A stretch of 64,000 nucleotides of DNA, taken from the NCBI GenBank assembly GCA_047495785.1, contig JBLDXI010000024.1:1922001-1986000 (forward strand), given 5' to 3'. Both the position numbers and the translations under genes were made by a program. This document shows positions 61,794 to 64,000 of the stretch, one piece after another; positions within the stretch are counted from its first letter, which is position 1, and the number at the start of each line of letters is the position of its first letter. The stretch is from Lepidodermella squamata (Eukaryota; Animalia; Gastrotricha). The notes below the pieces were generated by a model, which made no database searches, was not told the origin of the DNA, and saw only the letters and a list, made by a program, of their open reading frames with translations.

Positions 61794-62299
61794 TTAGTAA
61801 ATAAGCTTGCACATGGATGAGAGAGTAATGAGGTTCAAGAAGAACTCAACTGTTATTTTGGAGCCTTTGTTACTGCTTTCAGTCGTCGGTCGGCTCTTTG
61901 GCTCATCAACAATTACAGTGCCTCCAGTATGCTTTATGGACGTGACATCTTTGAAAAAAGATCCGAATTTGGTTGACGCCGCTGTCTTGAGTTTCGCGAC
62001 GGCCTGGTCGACCTTTAGCTGAATTTCCGACTCAGTCAGTTGCGTCAGACTTCGCAATGCAACAATGTAGTCAGCGATCACACTTCCCTTTCGAAACCCA
62101 GTAATCGTGACACTGATTTTGCTAAAAGCCTCCGTAGTGTTGTAAATGAGAACAAGGGCTGGGTTGAAAATCGCATCGGCCTAGCTGACCAAGCTGAATT
62201 GGGGAAGAAGGTACCAATTCGATAGAACGTTCATTTGACAACATGCCAGATGCAGCAGAAGAAAGTAACAATTGGAGACCAATCGCTTTGCGAAAGCAT
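61794..62299 (-). pseudogene. Internally deleted lectin-SEA paralog (exon 1 fused directly to the SEA domain)
   Basis: Exon-1 sequence ...PQFSLVS joined at ~62182 to ADAIFNPALVLIYNTTE...GFRKGSVIADY; frameshift in the signal region and TAG at the junction. Confidence 0.78.
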
Positions 62300-63046
62300 T
62301 TTTGGAGGTCAGCTGCAAGAAAAATCTCGAAAACAGCCTCTCTTGGACCCAATACCTCCCTGCTAATTTCTTGTTTACTTCTCATCAAGATCCAACGATT
62401 TGCAGTAATATTGAGGCTTCATAATTAGCCTATAAAAAACTCAGGTGTACGTTGTACGGGGTATTCGAGAAAAATTACTGGAAAGTCAAAATGATAAACA
62501 ATTTCAATAAAAGCAATCGTTTTTCCAATTCTCCGGATTTCGGAATACATTGCAGGAATTAATTTGCCACGGACAACTGAGAATGGTCTTTTTCTCTTTT
62601 CTTTTTACCATAATGCACAGAGAACACATTTCAATCCGCTTCGGGTTTTCCAATTCGATCATAGATAAATCAAGATTAGAACAACAAAGGCTTAGCAAGT
62701 TCTTTCCGAGGATCAATATTATCAGACTTTGACGAATAGGTTAATATCGCTAAGTTCTCAGATGTTGGGACCATGAATGTTAGAGGTTTTCGAGTCATCT
62801 TTCTAAACTCTAAACCAGAATTAAGTAGACAGCTAAAGGCGACCGAGGCGACCTAATTATTACGCAGGCTGTTCTGAAGGTGGAAACAATAGTTCGCTAA
62901 AACTACACTTTGTGCACAATCTTGTTGGTGAAAAAACTGAGGTGAGCTTGCTTTAAGCGTGTTTTGAGCAAAATCAAGATTTTCTGCCAACATTATTTGC
63001 TCAGTTTTATTCTTCTTCTGTTAATTTTATTCAGTATCAGACAGGC

Positions 63047-64000
63047 TTAGAATGAGTTACTATTAGGTAATTCAAATGTTTCAATCGATTTCACATAGAC
63101 CCCAGACGAGTTCCTTTCTGCATGAGCCCCGACTCCGAGATAATAAGGCCCTGATGATTTGAATTCAGGCAGATTGCCTGTCAACACCGTCGAGTTTCCG
63201 TCTCCGAAGACGATTGTCGCAGACACGCTCTCGTCTTCGTAGAAAGCAAGAATTATCGTATTGTCGCCGTACATCTTGTCGATAGTTGCCGCAGGAGCTG
63301 TTTGAAGAACGAATTCCACATTGTTAATTTCAAATCCTGGCGGAGTTGTCGAAGGGTCGGGCTGGTAATACAACAATCTGACATGTTGCGTATTAGGAAC
63401 CGCCAGGAAAACGAAACCGCCCTGAAACGGAGCTTTCAAGCCGTAGAACGAAGATCCGCCTAAAATTTTGACATTGAATCAAAACGACAGCATGACGGAA
63501 AGTGAATACCCTTTTTAACAGGGTTCGCCAGAGAAATAGCTGGAACGACGAAAATAGCAAAACCACCTCCGCGTGTGCCCTTCTCCAGGGTCAATTTGAC
63601 CTGGACGGCGAAATTAGTTGAGGTCGGTAGAGGATGCTTTGACGTCATAGCAGCTTGCGCATGACGAGCATACGAAAACATCAAGGCGTATCGTTTGTCG
63701 GGCAATTTCTTCCCAGCAGGCATTGTTATTGCAAAGGGGTAAAAATTATCTTAAAAAGGAATAGCATTGCAGGCTTAGGATAGTATTTTCCAAATATTAC
63801 CAGCATTGCCATCTTTGAAAACGTGGGTTGGGATGATTTGCCAAGTGTCTGCATTATCGATTGTCGGAGCTGGCAATGTCGTCGTTTCGGGCAACTTGTC
63901 TTCATAGACATTAACGGACTTGACGTAGACATTTGATGCAAAATATCCAGCCGAACCTCCAACGCCCAAGTGGTATGGCCCACCTGAGGCAAAGCCAGTC
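63047..64000 (-). CDS. 3' part of another multi-lectin gene (continues beyond the window)
   Basis: Last lectin domain and its introns nearly identical to 58710-59555; ends ETFELPNSNSF. Confidence 0.8.

Overview
Eukaryotic (metazoan-like), AT-rich, gene-dense DNA with many short (~45-60 nt) GT-AG introns, so the ORF track shows only exon fragments; the gene models below were spliced by hand. From left to right: (1) a coiled-coil/NHL-propeller gene; (2) a secreted tandem trypsin-like pseudo-protease with a Trp/Pro/Thr linker; (3) four head-to-tail divergent Hsp70-family genes (6.5-27.7 kb) only 86-136 bp apart. The two outer genes splice in frame to N-terminal RING-finger and coiled-coil exons and carry degenerate ATPase motifs, which is the most novel-looking system here; (4) a MARVEL-domain gene, three tandem LIV-1-type ZIP zinc transporters and a DUF268 methyltransferase-like gene; (5) a >23 kb birth-and-death array of L-type (legume-like) lectin genes in two architectures, lectin-mucin-SEA-GPI and secreted triple lectin, with several members disrupted or altered by DNA transposons and one apparent domain-level conversion tract. 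Non-autonomous DNA transposons (MULE, piggyBac, Harbinger, EnSpm/CMC-like, Tc1/pogo-like) occupy the large introns. One carries a TTAGGG tract and two carry tRNA-like cassettes. No database searches were run, so family calls rest on recognised motifs.
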